DNA of 62,469 nucleotides, the filler included, from Sphacelaria rigidula (lineage: Eukaryota), in NCBI GenBank assembly GCA_964200075.2. It is 10 parts of 10 records of this genome, joined end to end, with 100 filler letters (N's around TTAATTAATTAA, not from the genome) between each part and the next. Parts side by side here need not be neighbours in the genome. Positions count along the whole stretch, not along the records: positions 50,057 to 56,213 come from CAXNAA020021886.1; positions 56,314 to 62,469 come from CAXNAA020021887.1; 8 more parts are not named here. One strand, 5' to 3'. Shown piece after piece: positions 49,957-62,469 of this stretch; position 1 is the first letter of the stretch; each line of letters starts with the position of its first letter. The position numbers were made by a program, and so were the translations under genes. The notes below the pieces were generated by a model. That model was not told the origin of the DNA and made no database searches. It was given only the letters and a program-made list of their open reading frames with translations.

Positions 49957-50889
49957 NNNNNNNNNNNNNNNNNNNNNNNNNNNNNNNNNNNNNNNNNNNN
50001 TTAATTAATTAANNNNNNNNNNNNNNNNNNNNNNNNNNNNNNNNNNNNNNNNNNNNAAATGGACACAATCCCGGGGAGCGGCTGCTTCTCATTTCAAAAT
50101 ACGTTCTCATTTTTCTGGCAACCCTGTTTATGAAGCAAGCATGGCGTTGTGTCCTCACACGGTGAAATCAGAGCCTACAGTAAAGCTGAGCAGCTGCGTT
50201 ACACAGCAGAACTCGGGCGTACCACAGTTATGGCATCCAAGAATACAGCAAAGCGGTGTAGAGAATCATTTCATCTTGGCGTCAACTGTGATGTGCTGTA
50301 TAAAGCAAACATCAAGCTGTCTCATCTCACAGCTCCTTGCACGATGGACTTTCACATTTCGATCCTTTGCACTCACCCGTGAGGACAAGTTTTTATTTCA
50401 AGGCGCAAGCGAGATCACACCGGTTCAACGGTTTCATTACTGTTTGTGAAATATTTGACCTGCCACCGCGTGTAAGCGAGCATAGCATAACATGGTATTT
50501 AACGTGGTCGCAGGTGATACCCCCCCTAGCTTCATGTAACATCATGTTTCCCCGTATACGCCTTCGTGCGCTTCACTCATTATCTGTTTGGCGGTTCGCT
50601 TCTCAGTAACAACGTCAAGGCAAAAACAAGGTTGGATAGCAGCAGATCGATGATAGTACTTGGGGCGGGGGATTGCACTTTAAACACCTGCTATCCAGCA
50701 GTAGTACAGTACAGTACAGTACAACACAGTACATTCGCTCATCATGAGGTGACGTAGGATAAACACAGCTTACAACGCGTTCAAGCGCACACGTGATTGA
50801 CCGAGGACCAGTTAGTTCATTCGTCATTCTCAGGCAGCAAAATTCGTCATCACATGCGGGGTTCTCGTTTGAGGCGAACAACGAAACTA

Positions 50890-52928
50890 CACACTAGATT
50901 TCGGTTATCTGTGAAAATATGCACGCCATCTCACAAAAAATGCTCCAAACGACGAATAGTGCTCACGATAGCAAAACCTTCCTTGTCAATTGTGGCTCAA
51001 CACAACTGCGAACCCCTGACAATACCACTGATGAAAGCCAGCGGTTCATGCGTCATATTCTCGACCGGCAAGCATCGTTGCATTTCAACTTCAGGCACCT
51101 GCGTGACAAAACTACCCCAAAGGCACTCGGATGCGTCCGGTAACATCAACACCTGACAATCAGAACGACGATGGAACAGCGTCACGGCATGAGCCGCCAG
51201 ATCCTCCGCTACCGCCCACGCCTGCAGCCTGCCCTCCGTTCACGATGCAGGCGAAATAGCGCGGTTTTTTGCCACACGCTTCGTCCATCTCGCAGCACCT
51301 GCCATGCGTTCTTCGAGAAAAAACGTAAGGGAGCTTCGATTTCTGCCATACGCGGCAACGAGGTACGCAGCCATCTCACGGCATGAGGGAATTGCATGAG
51401 TTCTGCAGCCGTCTCCGGGCGCCGCATCTCAGACAAACCTTACAATCTGACAGGGCCATGAGATACGCGTTCGTGTAAGTACACTTTCCCACACCACACG
51501 AGTTCACCAGCGAAAAAGGTATACTTGTGCGTAGCCGCAAACAAACCAAAACTCTCTGAACGAGCACTCAATAGATCAAGCATGTCCGGCTCTTTGTTCG
51601 GCATCATAACCGGCGACTTCTCAACCTGCTCATTCACGGCCTTGTAGTCGCTTACCAGGCGGAACGAGTCCTACGTCGGAATCGCCATAGCTGGACTGGG
51701 CCACATGGCCTGCGAGTTCCGAAACACCAACCCGAGCGACAAAAGAGCCACCACGCACGACGCCAACCGACTCGACTTCACTGGGCCGTACCGCCGCGGC
51801 TTCGCCTTCACCGCGGATGCCCCAGGTTTTAGCTGAACACGCATGGGCTCCACGCACGCAGGGGGATCACGCCGCAGCGCACGACTAAACGCGTTGACGC
51901 AGCGATGCAATACGCCGCGCAGGCGCTCCGCTTCTGAGACGCTGAGGCTTTTCGCCACAGCATCCGTCACACTCTCCTCCAGCGCAATCTTCCGAGCGCA
52001 CTCCTCTTCCGCCGGATCCATAAACATCTCCGGGCCTCACTCCACCAAGCGTTCCATCGCTTCATCCCGCTCCGTGGTCACCTGCCCCCTAGCCTCCTGA
52101 AAAGCATCCGCCGACAAGCTCACGCGACGACTGCCCAAAAAGGTGGGCGTCTCCACGCGTGGACCAGGCGGAGACATCCGCGTCTCCATGGAGTCCCACA
52201 ACGGCGCGTACAGATTGACTCCGAGATTCTGAAGCGTCGGCAACCCCAGAACAATAACGCCATCCGACCCCGGCATGATCGCAAACGAGATCGGAGGCAA
52301 CGGCGCCGGCCCCAAGGAAGTCGTGAAAGTCAACTGCAGCGGAACAGTACGCTCCGTGACGGGAACATGCTGACCCGACGTGGTGACGGCCTGCCGCGGC
52401 CCTAGCGAGAACGGAATGCGCAGCAGCACATCCGGGAGAAGACGCTCCAACATTTCTACAATCTGCGCCGACAGACTCACATGACTCATGAAGTGGGCGC
52501 AAGAATCTGAAACAGCCCGGACCGCAATGGTTCCACGCTCCCCTTGATATGGAAGACAGCTCCGCAGGAACCCAGTTGTCCGCAAGCTCCACTGGCACTT
52601 CATCCGCCGATCGATGCGTCGCTAATCCCGCTTAAAGCCACGGCTGCGCAAGCTGCGCAGGCGAAGACGCCCCGGGAGGTTCAAACGGCACCACCGGCGG
52701 GTACAACCCCCAGTCAGCAGACCAAGAATTTGGCGAAACTCCGACCAGCGCATCAGCAGGTGTCGCGCCTGGCGCTGCTGCCAGCGTCTCCACCGGCGCA
52801 ACCACCGGCGCCGGCAGGGTGTTCGATACTATTGAAGTCGGTCCCACCTGCACCGCCCGTTGCCAAGCAGCAGCACCTACGGCGGCGCCGGACCCAGAAC
52901 CCTACCAATGCTGACGCCGTTGCTCCCG

Positions 52929-52961
<33 letters not shown>

Positions 52962-54535
52962 AGAACTCGACTGCGACCCTTCACCGCCGGAGGATCCGCC
53001 GCCGTTACCACCCCGATTACCTCGTATTTTGCTCTTGTGCTGTCGATGCTGATGGCGCGCGGCATGAGACTGCTCAGACTCTCCACCGGAAGACGTTGGG
53101 CAATCGCGCGCGTAATGGCCGACCTGGCCACAGCGGTGGCAGGTGATGGTCGCGGCGCGGCCGGCCAATTTCGAGCCGTGGTGACGCAAAGACTTCGGCG
53201 TGGAGGTGGACAACTGGCCGAACACCTCTATCTTCCGCCACTACTTGGCCTCGGCCACGACGGTGTCCATCATCAGGTAAGGGTCGACCTTCCAATCTGT
53301 TTCTTGCTTCAACTTCACAAGCACGGCTTGCCTAAATTTTTCCGGCGTTTACCCCTCCACCAAAGCCTTGCTGATTACGGTAGCCGGGCCGGGAATAAAC
53401 TCAGGATCGGGGGAACCGATATACTATTTTCACGTTCGGATTTTCTGAGGAGTATTTTTCCAGATTGGACAGGATCGGCTCGACCCGCTCTAGCATCGTC
53501 TTTCCCCGAGACTCCATGGCGACAGCTTTCGCCACCACCGCGGGCGCTTGGGTCAAATCCACCTCGGCACCCGTCGCATGCCCAGCATGTCTCTTGATCG
53601 CCGCAACGATTCTTTCTACGATAGCCCCACCCCAAAACCAGCCCGAAAGTGTCACGAAAAAAATGGCCATGCAGCGCCTCATGTTTGGCTTCAGGCTGCA
53701 TGAAGCGCCTGACATTGGTGACATTGGCGAGAACAAACCCAAGCATGGGAATTCCCAGCTGCTCGTCGTGCTCGGCTTTTTCCATGTCAATTTACGTGAA
53801 TATTTTGCCTCCCCAAACCATGCACTTTTTGAGGGGGCGGCTATCGTAGAAAATGTCCGACCAACTGCGGCGGGGTCATTGTGCTCTCAAGATGTTCAAC
53901 ACGCGCAAACATTCTTTGCACATGCGTCGGTACTTGTTGAGCCATCGATACTACCTGATGTCGCACTGCAACCCCTGCGTGAGCGTGCTCCACACGCTTA
54001 CTGCTCTCCACATACTTGGTATAGAACGTGAGAGATGCACTCTCGGAGTACCTATCCCCGTATTGGGGAGGTCGTGACTCTTGCCGCATAACCACGGGCG
54101 TCACGCAGGACGCCGCATGCGAACCGGTCGCCATAGCAGCAGCCAGATACCTGCGAATCTTCCGCATGCCAACGGGCCGTCGGGAATTGCACACTCCACC
54201 CTTGCTTTGTCGCCGCACCACACAGTCGTCGGAGCCTCCAAACTCCCGCTGCACGCAGCTTCAGCGAGTCTCCAGTCTGGATCAATCACAGGCCAACCAC
54301 TTTTCTGCCGATCACCTCAGCTTGAACCCCTTCCCCGCGTCCGTGGTGTATCAGGTTGTCCATAGCTACCAGAGTCTTCCGCCGAAATTCTTCCAGCAGG
54401 TTCCACTAGGTACTAGCTCTAGCACTAGCACCACATATCGATATTGTGACGCCAGCCAGAAGAAGAACTGAGGATCACTGCTGTTGAGGGACTCCCCAGT
54501 CTCACTGGCCTCAGTTTCAGTCGCCAGCCTTTACA
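50890..54535 (-). mobile_element. Decayed Ty3/Gypsy LTR retrotransposon: putative 5' LTR, gag (CCHC knuckle), protease, internally deleted RT, RNase H; no integrase visible
   Basis: Gag CHRCGQVGHYARDC; protease AVSDSCA (decayed LDSGA); RT VQLKPGASAVKAKPRRY...WPSP...FRLVSDYKAVN and LVWCGKVY...MRRPETAAELMQF; RNase H PDAS..WG...EPLAFISG...TIDKEGFAI...IFTDNRNL; stops and frameshifts throughout. Confidence 0.92.
54445..54535 (-). repeat. Putative 91-bp 5' LTR (TGTAA...TCACA)
   Basis: TG..CA termini with imperfect inverted ends upstream of gag; no second copy in the contig to confirm. Confidence 0.4.
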
Positions 54536-54644
54536 ACATTTCATTATACCCGGAGTTCCCTTGTAGGCACAGCCTCCTAGACCCGCAGGGTAGCATTCCC
54601 GTGTCTCCGGTCATTATCCAAATCATCCCTACCAACTCAACGTA

Positions 54645-55078
54645 ACAACACGGGATTTTACATATTGGGGATGGATTATTCGGTGGGGATGAATCCCCGG
54701 AGAATGAAGATCTTCGTATCCACACCAAATCTTCGAACCATCGTTCCATTTCTTCACTTGCTGGTCGCTATTGACAACTACTACACGCCATACAAATTAT
54801 CATTTCGATAATCGAAATGTCGGGGCCCTAAGTGAAAAACCAATTTGGGGGAATTTAGATGATCCGATTTGGACTCCAAACTGGTGTTTCACCTTGGACC
54901 ATGGCATTCCAGTTATCGAAATTCAAACTTGTATGGAGTGTAACAGTTTTCAACAGCTACCAGTAAGTGAAAAAATGGAAGCATGCTTCGAAGATTTGTT
55001 GTGGATACGAAGATTTTAATTCTCCGGGTTTTCATCCTCAAAAACAAATCCATCCCCAATTTGTAAAATCTCATGTTT
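54645..55078. repeat. Foldback element, ~135-bp inverted arms
   Basis: gattttaca.attggggatggatt...atcttcgtatccaca.caaatcttcgaa... mirrored at 54945-55078. Confidence 0.85.
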
Positions 55079-56313
55079 GACGGCGAATTCCGCCACAGCG
55101 CGGATTGAGAAGTTATTGAGACGAAGTGAGACTTGATAAATTATTCTCTTGAGGGAGCTGATTGCTTTTTGATTGGTTCAATTTCCAATGTTCTTGATAC
55201 GTTCCAGAAAATGTTTGTAATCGAGAGATCTGGAAGATTTAGGATCAATATGAAGGAGGAAAATATGGTTTGATTCATCGTTGTTCATTCTTGGCGATTC
55301 ATGAAAGTTTTCGTGATCATTACCCCGTTCCGATCAGGGGGGCTGTTTGGGGTAATCAGCTAGAGATAGTGATCTACGAAGCAATGCTACGATGGGGGGT
55401 GTAAATTTTTGGCGAAAACGTTTCTCGGGGCTGCTCGGGGTGTTGGACAGATCATTTTGAGAATCAGCAATATTTTGACTTGAAAAAGGCTACATATGAT
55501 GCCGATTCACGAAAAGACCCCTTCGTGCAAACACCATATTTCTGGGAGTCCGGGTCCCGGAGATTTGGATTGCAGAGTAAGCCCCATATAATTTGGGTTC
55601 CTACAAAAAATATACCCCAAAATAAAACGTGCAACCCCTACCGTAGCATTGCTCTACGGGTACTGCTGGAGAGTTTTGTGAAGGATGACAATGGAACGGG
55701 TAGCACAGTGTGGTGCCCTACCCGATCTGCAGGGATCCTCCCTCTTTGTGTGTGTGTCCTGAGTGCAAGCATACATTGTGAATAACAAGGAATTGAATTA
55801 CCCCTATATTTATATATATACACCTCGGTCCATCAGTGTTGTCTAGCTTGTTAACGGCGCCCACGCACCTGGTACTCTAATGCCTGTGGCAATTCGAGTG
55901 TACAAGCCTTGTGAGGCAGAAGGCTCACCATATTAGAATCTTATTCCATAACATCAAAACCGTGCTTGCAAGCTATTAATATCAGAATGCGCATGCCCGC
56001 CCCTACCGCCAGGTATAAAGAAACGATGATGCTACAGTTTTTGCAAGTTTCAAGAAACATTGCCGGGTCCCGAGAGAGTTTTCTTCGAATGAAACTCACC
56101 CTTTTCCAATCGCGAAGCGTTTTCTAGGAGGAAAGAACAGCCTGAATTCGTTTTTGAGGTTCAACATTTAATTGAGGTTCAATGGACCATCGAAATTTCA
56201 TTTACTTTGTTCANNNNNNNNNNNNNNNNNNNNNNNNNNNNNNNNNNNNNNNNNNNNTTAATTAATTAANNNNNNNNNNNNNNNNNNNNNNNNNNNNNNN
56301 NNNNNNNNNNNNN

Positions 56314-56368
56314 GGACTCATCCCGAGGAAGGGGAGGGGCTCAAAGTGTTAGAATAACAAAAAAAGGG
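56314..56368 (+). mobile_element. SINE 3' tail (contig edge)
   Basis: ggactcatcccgaggaaggggaggggctcaaagt matches ~12620-12653. Confidence 0.65.
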
Positions 56369-56369
56369 G

Positions 56370-56809
56370 AGCCGTTCAAGATTTCTGTTCAAAACCGCCT
56401 TTTTGGCCCTTCTCCGTCGTTTTTCGCCTGAAAAGAGGGCCAGGCGGATATTGACGCCTTGGAATGACTTGCTCTACTCATTGAGGCCATTCCAGGGCAA
56501 CTTTGCATTCCCCGCCAGCCGCACTTTAATTTTTGGCCAAACACGGATTTTCAACAAAAGACGGTCAAGCGATAAAAAAACAGGGGGAAATTTTGATTTC
56601 CTGACCGTTTTATACTGAAAATTCGTGTTTGGCCTTCTTTGGCCAAAAACAAAAGTGCGGCCAGCGGGTAATGCAAAGTTGACCTAGACCGGTCTCAACG
56701 AGTAGAGCAACTCATTCCAAGGCGTCAACATGCATCTAGCCCTCTTTTCGGGCGTAAATCGATGCAGAAGGGTCCAACAGGCAGTTTTAAACAGGACTTT
56801 CGAACGGCT
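56370..56809. mobile_element. Foldback/MITE with ~170-bp inverted arms
   Basis: agccgttc...ttgacgccttggaatga.ttgctctactc.ttgag...caactttgcatt mirrored at 56638-56809. Confidence 0.85.
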
Positions 56810-58940
56810 ACCATTAGAGTTGGCCTAAGACACGCCCTGAAAGGGTAAAAAAATGCGCGAACGAACGGATCGAACATTACGCCCGTGCCGGATCTCCCAT
56901 CTTCTACTGATCACATATAACATAGTTTCATAACCGATACAGATATCCAATCTTTGGCTCAACCTCTTGGTAGGAGTCATTGCCTTTATCATATCCCAAA
57001 TTAAATTAATCCCTTTCCACGCCTATCATGGAGGACGGGGCCGCCGATCGGCGGCCCCGTCCGATCCTTGTATTTCATTACGATTACGAGTACTGTTTTT
57101 TTTGGATGAGATACGAGAGGGCTCCTGACATTTCAAACCTGAGAAATATTTGGTGCACCCCCACCGTGGCATGACTTGACATGCGATGCTATGTTTCCAG
57201 CAGAGAGCTCTGGGATGCGTCAGTATAATGGAATGGTGCAAATAGCCGGGTGAAAATGGCCATGCCGACACCAGACGATAAACCCTGTAAACCCGCGGCG
57301 CTGCAGCCAATACAGGCAGTTCAGGACCGCCAGCTTGCCGAGATACTGTCAGAGGGTGTCTGCGCATTCTGTGAGGGAGCATAACACATGTGCGAGATGG
57401 GTTGTCGGCCCCGACCTTGTCGAGAAGAGATAATCTGCACACCTCCGAGAGATCATGTTCATCTAGGGGATTATCGACGGCATTGCCGACGCATTGCCTC
57501 GCGAAAATCTACGTATCCCTGAGTCACAATTGTTGATACGCCATGAAGGGGTGTTATACACCGTCAACTACCTACTTGAACGGAGATTCGACGGTGTCGA
57601 CGCTAGGGTGAGCCTACGCGGTGAGCATACATGGCAGCACTTGATAGCACATTCGGCGTAGTGCACATGAACTAGGATCCAGTGAGTCAAGCAACCAGCG
57701 TGCCGAATCTCTCCCTATGCTGCCGTTTGCTGCAAGAGTTATGCGGTACACGAGACGCTGCATTCCGAGCGCTGATCTCACCTGCCCTGTGCAGCCACTT
57801 GCGTTCTGTGCCGGCAATCGGGTGTGTCTCCTCTTAATTGGTCTGTTCCCTCACGCCCCATAGCGAGATAACATCAACCTGAAGCCATCCCTCACATGAC
57901 TGGTGCCTGCTGCTTGTCCATAGGTGTACCGCTCTCCCTCTTGGCTGTCTGTGTGTACCTGCTTGGCTTGACGTGCTGTCAAACCCGTCGAAATTTATTC
58001 AGCCATGATGTTTTGGGGGTAAAAAGAGGGAGTTCCCTTCTAATAACTGTTGGTCGTTGTGTGGTTCTCCGATGCATCCAAAATAAACAAGATACGCCGC
58101 ACACCTCTATGAATAGGTGACGGATCCAAAATGTTGCGCACCACTTGGCGCCGTTGGAACTGGTGAATGCCAATCAATGAGGGGGAGATCTGCCGTCATC
58201 TGGCCTAACGAAGAAAAAAAATACACGCACGAGGTCAATCACAGCATGTCTTAGTCTCAATGCGACATATTTTTCCTGTAACCAAACAACGTTCCGCTAT
58301 ATATTTCATAACGACCGCGGTTGTACATATTATAGCCAGAAAACATGAAGAATGATCTTCCCTCTACCAGCAAGGAGTCCCCACACATTTGACATTTGAG
58401 TCCATTGCTCTTCTGGTCCAGCGACACTACATACGCTACCCTACGCTGCAGATCCATGCACTACTACTACGCAGTATTATCCTCTTGCCTGCGCGCAGCC
58501 TCTCATCGCCAGGTCGTGTCTTGACACATTTTTTTTCGATCGAAAAGGTGCGGTGGGAAAAAAAATCTCCGATCTGATAGATCGTCATATCAACTATCGT
58601 CATGTATCTTGAAATCACGACCCATCAGATCGGTTTTTTTCGCTGCACTCCATCCCACTTTTCCGATCGAAAAATGACATGCTGAGGGCGTGTCTTAAGC
58701 CCTGTCTTATTAATAGTATGTATGCTGTAGTATTTCGAACTGACAAGTAAATGTCGTCTTCTCAGCCGTCCATTTCGATTTGCAGAATTGACGATTGAAA
58801 TCGCGATCTTTCATGCAATTAATTCGATACTGATCTTCAACACCGTCGTACTCGTACAGACAAACTCTGCAGCTCCTGTTTTGTGTTTTGTCACTCTTTT
58901 CGCAATCGTCCACAACGCGCAACACATCAACAAGAGGAGC

Positions 58941-59700
58941 ATGGCGGTGTTTCAAGCTGTCCTCGTGTTGGTATGCTGGGCCTTTTCTCTCGCATTCGGT
59001 GCTGTGAACGAGAGCGAGCAGGACTCAGTAAGTTACATGGTGGTGAAGACCTGCGGGGATCTGCCTTTTAAGATCTCTGGCAGGATCCTGGTTGAGGCTC
59101 CCATCATCTCTGTAAGGAGAGGAAGGTGGGTTTTAGACAGATCGTTGCAATTGATGACGGGTTCCAGTGTTGTTTTCGATCTTCCGCGCCGGGGGCGTTT
59201 TCGCTGCCTCAAGTGATACAAGGAGACTAGGTGCATCATTCCTGCAAGCTACGGCGGGCGCTGTGAGATGTACTACTGCTGCTGACCTGCTGGAGAGATT
59301 GCACTGTGTGTGGCTCTCACCACTGTATCTCGGGGTGCCTATGCGGCAAGTATCTTGCTTGTCCGGCTCAGCCTTTTGTGTATTTCGTGCGCCTTGGGGA
59401 GGCATGCGTATCGAAGACAGATATCATGAGAGATGGTAGCCTCACAGCACCACCAGTCCAACAAGCGCATACCGGGTTGCGGTGTTGAAAACTGCCAAGT
59501 ACACCTCTTCTTGCTGTGTCCGTTTTGCCCATCACGATTGTATACATCCGCTGTCCATTGAACAGCCAATCATCTATGTTGAGGATGNNNNNNNNNCAAT
59601 AACCGAAATGTTGGGGTCCTACGGGAAAATCCAATTTCAGGGTATTTCGGCGATCCGATCCCATCCTCAACATAGATGATTGGCTGTTATTGGCGGCGTT
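58941..59700 (+). pseudogene. Possible decayed secreted-protein gene
   Basis: Signal-peptide-like MAVFQAVLVLVCWAFSLAFG followed by frame-disrupted Gly/Ala-rich fragments; internal 9-N gap at 59588-59596. Confidence 0.2.
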
Positions 59701-60010
59701 GAGGGATGTGTATGTAGGGCTACTACGGAGCACGCACGTGCGTCAGTCGTCTGTAAAACAAACGCCTTCTACATATTATACAACCGTAACACATCATCAC
59801 CTCAGTCGGTGATACCTATCTTCACGAGGGTGTGTGTGCATAGCTTGGATAGATGCACGCTTCGAAGTATACATCATTACTTCGGAGCCCTGAAAACACA
59901 GTTGTTGTGTTGTTGTTTTGACGAAGTATACTTGTACTGTATCTAGACTGACTGGAGATTCCTCCGAAAATCTTGCGTCGGGTTGTTTTCCAGCCTTGTT
60001 TTTTGTAGTA

Positions 60011-60876
60011 CGAGCTGGGCCAGCCTAGAGGCGGATTTGAAGTTTGCAGGCCCATGCTCTTTTATACATTTAGAGTTGGGCCCTGAAATTTGGTATGGAC
60101 AATGCATAATAAGGCATAAAAAAAAATACTTCGGTACCAAAATATATATTTTTTCTTCAGGAGTTAGGGGCATTTTACTGATGATACCTGAAAACCGATT
60201 ATTGCCCTTGACTCATGAAAAAAAACACTTTTAGTACTCGAGTAATTTTTTTTCATGCCCTATGCACTGTCCATACCAAATTTCAGTGTCCAACTCTAAA
60301 TGTATAAAAGAGCATGGGCCTATAAAAAAACCGGGTCGGTGAAAATTCGGAACAGTATTTCGCAGGCCACTCACCGGCCCACGTTTGGTTTTCGTGTATT
60401 GAAAATTGGTATGGGCGCTCTCTGAGGCATATTCAACGAAACAGAATGGGTCAGGTTGATTTTTTTCAATTTTTTTCACTGGTTTAGGGCGTTCTACTAT
60501 GGTGAAGACTGTTTTTTTCACAAAAACGCCCTAATCTCTATTGAAAAAAAAAATGGAAGGCCCATTTTTGTTTTTTATTCGGCACTCTTTTGTGGTTCTC
60601 CACACCAAAATTCGTCGCCATCCGCGAAATGCATCGATCGGGAGTTTCATAGAGATTTTAGTATTGGCAAGGTGTTGGCGCTATCTCCCTTAGGTATAGG
60701 AATTACTAGACGTGGGGTTTAATCAACGAGAATATATGGACCCAAACTTTTGAGTAGATGAGCACCTTCCCCTTGATTAGACTATTAATACGATTTGCGG
60801 ATTACGGCCCAACTCGTCTGCGTCGAAGAGGTATTGCTTTTAGAGCTTAAATCCGTTTTTAGGCTGGCCCAGCTCG
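60011..60876. mobile_element. TA-flanked Tc1/mariner-type MITE, 866 bp, with an internal inverted repeat
   Basis: Perfect terminal IR cgagctgggccagccta extending imperfectly to cggattt; TA on both sides; internal IR about 60048-60131 / 60242-60321. Confidence 0.85.
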
Positions 60877-60957
60877 TAATAATGCACATTTTTATTCTTG
60901 AGCCCGCTCACGATGACAGACACATCTAAAAATCTTGGCAAGTGCCCTTTGTTTTGG

Positions 60958-61352
60958 AGCCTCCACGTCGTTTTACGCCGCAAAAGAGAGCTAGGCGGAT
61001 TTAGACACATTGGAATGCCTTGATATACTCGTTGAGACGGTTCCAGCACACCTTGTGCGTTTCCCGGTGGCCACAGTTTTTTTCTCGCCCAAACTTGCAG
61101 TTTCCTCGTAGACCGGTCATTTTTCTCGGAGACCGATCAAGTCCAGACTTTTCTCGGATTTCTTTCTGGATTTGACCGGTCTCCGAGAAAAATTGCCGAT
61201 CTCCGAGGAAACTGCAAGGTCGGCCAAAAACAAAACTGCGACCACCAAAAAACGCACAGGTGTGCTGGAACCGTCTCCACGAGTACAGCAAGGCATGCCA
61301 ATGTGTCTAAGTCCGCCTAGCTCTCTTTTAGGGCGTAAAACGATGTAGAAGC
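60958..61352. mobile_element. Foldback/MITE with ~120-bp inverted arms
   Basis: tcgttttacgcc..aaaagagagctaggcgga.ttagacacattgg.atgccttg mirrored at 61230-61352. Confidence 0.85.
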
Positions 61353-61412
61353 TTTTAAAGGCACCTTCCCAGATTTTCATTTTTGTTGTGCGCCTCTAGA
61401 GCAGCCTGACAC

Positions 61413-61815
61413 CGTTTTTCGGAGTTGTCCGAAATGTTTGGGATTGGCGAGGTACCTGATGACTCTCGAACGCTAGCGCCACGGCGTACGCACAGGGCAG
61501 ATCTCCGAAGTGCCGCGTTGGAGTCCGAATATTTCGGACTTCTTGTCGCGACAAGGCCCATTATTATCGACATTGCTTTCTGCAGATATCTCAAAATTGT
61601 CCAGAGGTGTAGGACTCTGCGTTCAGACTTCTCCGAAAATGAAGCGCGGCTTGAGTTCTTCTCTGAACTTGTTTTTGGAGAAGCCCAAAAAAATCGGACT
61701 GCAATTGAGCACTTCAGAGAGCCACCCTGTAAATACGCCGTGGCGCTCGTAAGGATTAGAGAATCGTCGGGTATTTTTCCTGTCCCAACAATCTCAGAGA
61801 TGTCCGAGAAAACAG
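61413..61815. repeat. Degenerate foldback element
   Basis: agcgccacggcgta...caggg...ct.cgaagtg mirrored by cacttcagag...ccctgt..tacgccgtggcgct. Confidence 0.6.
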
Positions 61816-61842
61816 CGTCGATAATAGCGGGCCAGTTGCAGG

Positions 61843-62139
61843 TTAAGGGCAACGCCCGGTTAAGGGCAACTTTTTGCTCAAGGGCAAGCGGTCCGGATTA
61901 AGGGCAATAAGCGCCCCTGACTATGGGGAAGCGCCCCTGGTTAGGGGGGAGCGGCCCGGATTAGGGGCAAGCGCCCCTGACTATGGGGAAGCGCACCTGG
62001 GGAAGGGGAAGCACACCTGAGTAGAGGGAAGCGCACCTGGGTAGGGGGAAGCACACCCGGGGAAGGGGAAGCGCACCTGGGTAGGGGGGAGCGCGCCTGG
62101 ATACGGGCAAGCGCCCCTGATTATTGGCATCTGCCCCTA
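61843..62139 (+). repeat. G-rich ~20-bp minisatellite (ggggaagcgcacctgggta) preceded by (t)taagggcaa repeats
   Basis: About 11 units by direct reading. Confidence 0.85.
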
Positions 62140-62224
62140 GCGACGGAGAAGCGATACACGCATTGTCAACGTATTCCCGAATCAGCCGAAGAATGCCAAA
62201 CTGTCTAGGGCGTGCTAAGGACCC

Positions 62225-62448
62225 ACGATACGTGAGTCTCTGGCTCGTGGGCATGCGATACAGGTGTCTCTCGCTTGTGGGCACGCGATACAGGTGTCTG
62301 TTGCTGGCGGTCACGCGGTACAGGTGTCACTGGCTGGTAGGCACGATACAGGAATCTCTGGCTTCTGGGCACGCGATACAGGTACCAACACGTTGCCCGT
62401 AACACGATACAGATGCCACTGGCTTGTGGGCACGCGATACATGTGTCA
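62225..62448 (+). repeat. ~30-bp minisatellite (ctggcttgtgggcacgcgatacaggtgtca)
   Basis: About 7 units by direct reading. Confidence 0.85.
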
Positions 62449-62469
62449 AAGCGTCGTCCATAAGACGAT

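Noticed and set aside
61355..61901. Overlapping 158/165-aa ORFs
   Set aside because: They lie in a degenerate inverted repeat and show no protein motif.
61900..61970. Telomeric repeat array
   Set aside because: Only isolated TTAGGG words within a 20-bp minisatellite.

Overview
Eukaryotic, repeat-rich DNA, most likely from a brown alga (Phaeophyceae). This is inferred from an EsV-1-7 repeat protein, short exons in long introns and the repeat landscape. The window is not one locus. It is ten unlinked contigs of 6157 bp (the last 6156 bp) joined by 100-bp N spacers containing TTAATTAATTAA, so nothing can be inferred across spacers. Host gene fragments: five phase-compatible exons of a GUP1/HHAT-type MBOAT acyltransferase, two exons of a CAMK-type Ser/Thr kinase, and a large terminal exon encoding EsV-1-7 Cys/His repeats plus a long disordered tail. 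The rest is mostly mobile DNA: two decayed Ty3/Gypsy elements, tRNA-derived SINEs, (CAAT)n-tailed LINE-like 3' ends, TA-flanked MITEs, foldback elements and transposase remnants. The most striking observation is a repeat present six times, in five of the ten contigs. It always has one fixed end fused to a G-tract and is variably truncated at the other end; one copy is framed by a 16-bp target-site duplication ending in Gs. This fits a non-LTR retroelement with a poly(C) 3' end that inserts into G/C homopolymer tracts. All protein-family calls are by motif recognition, not database search.
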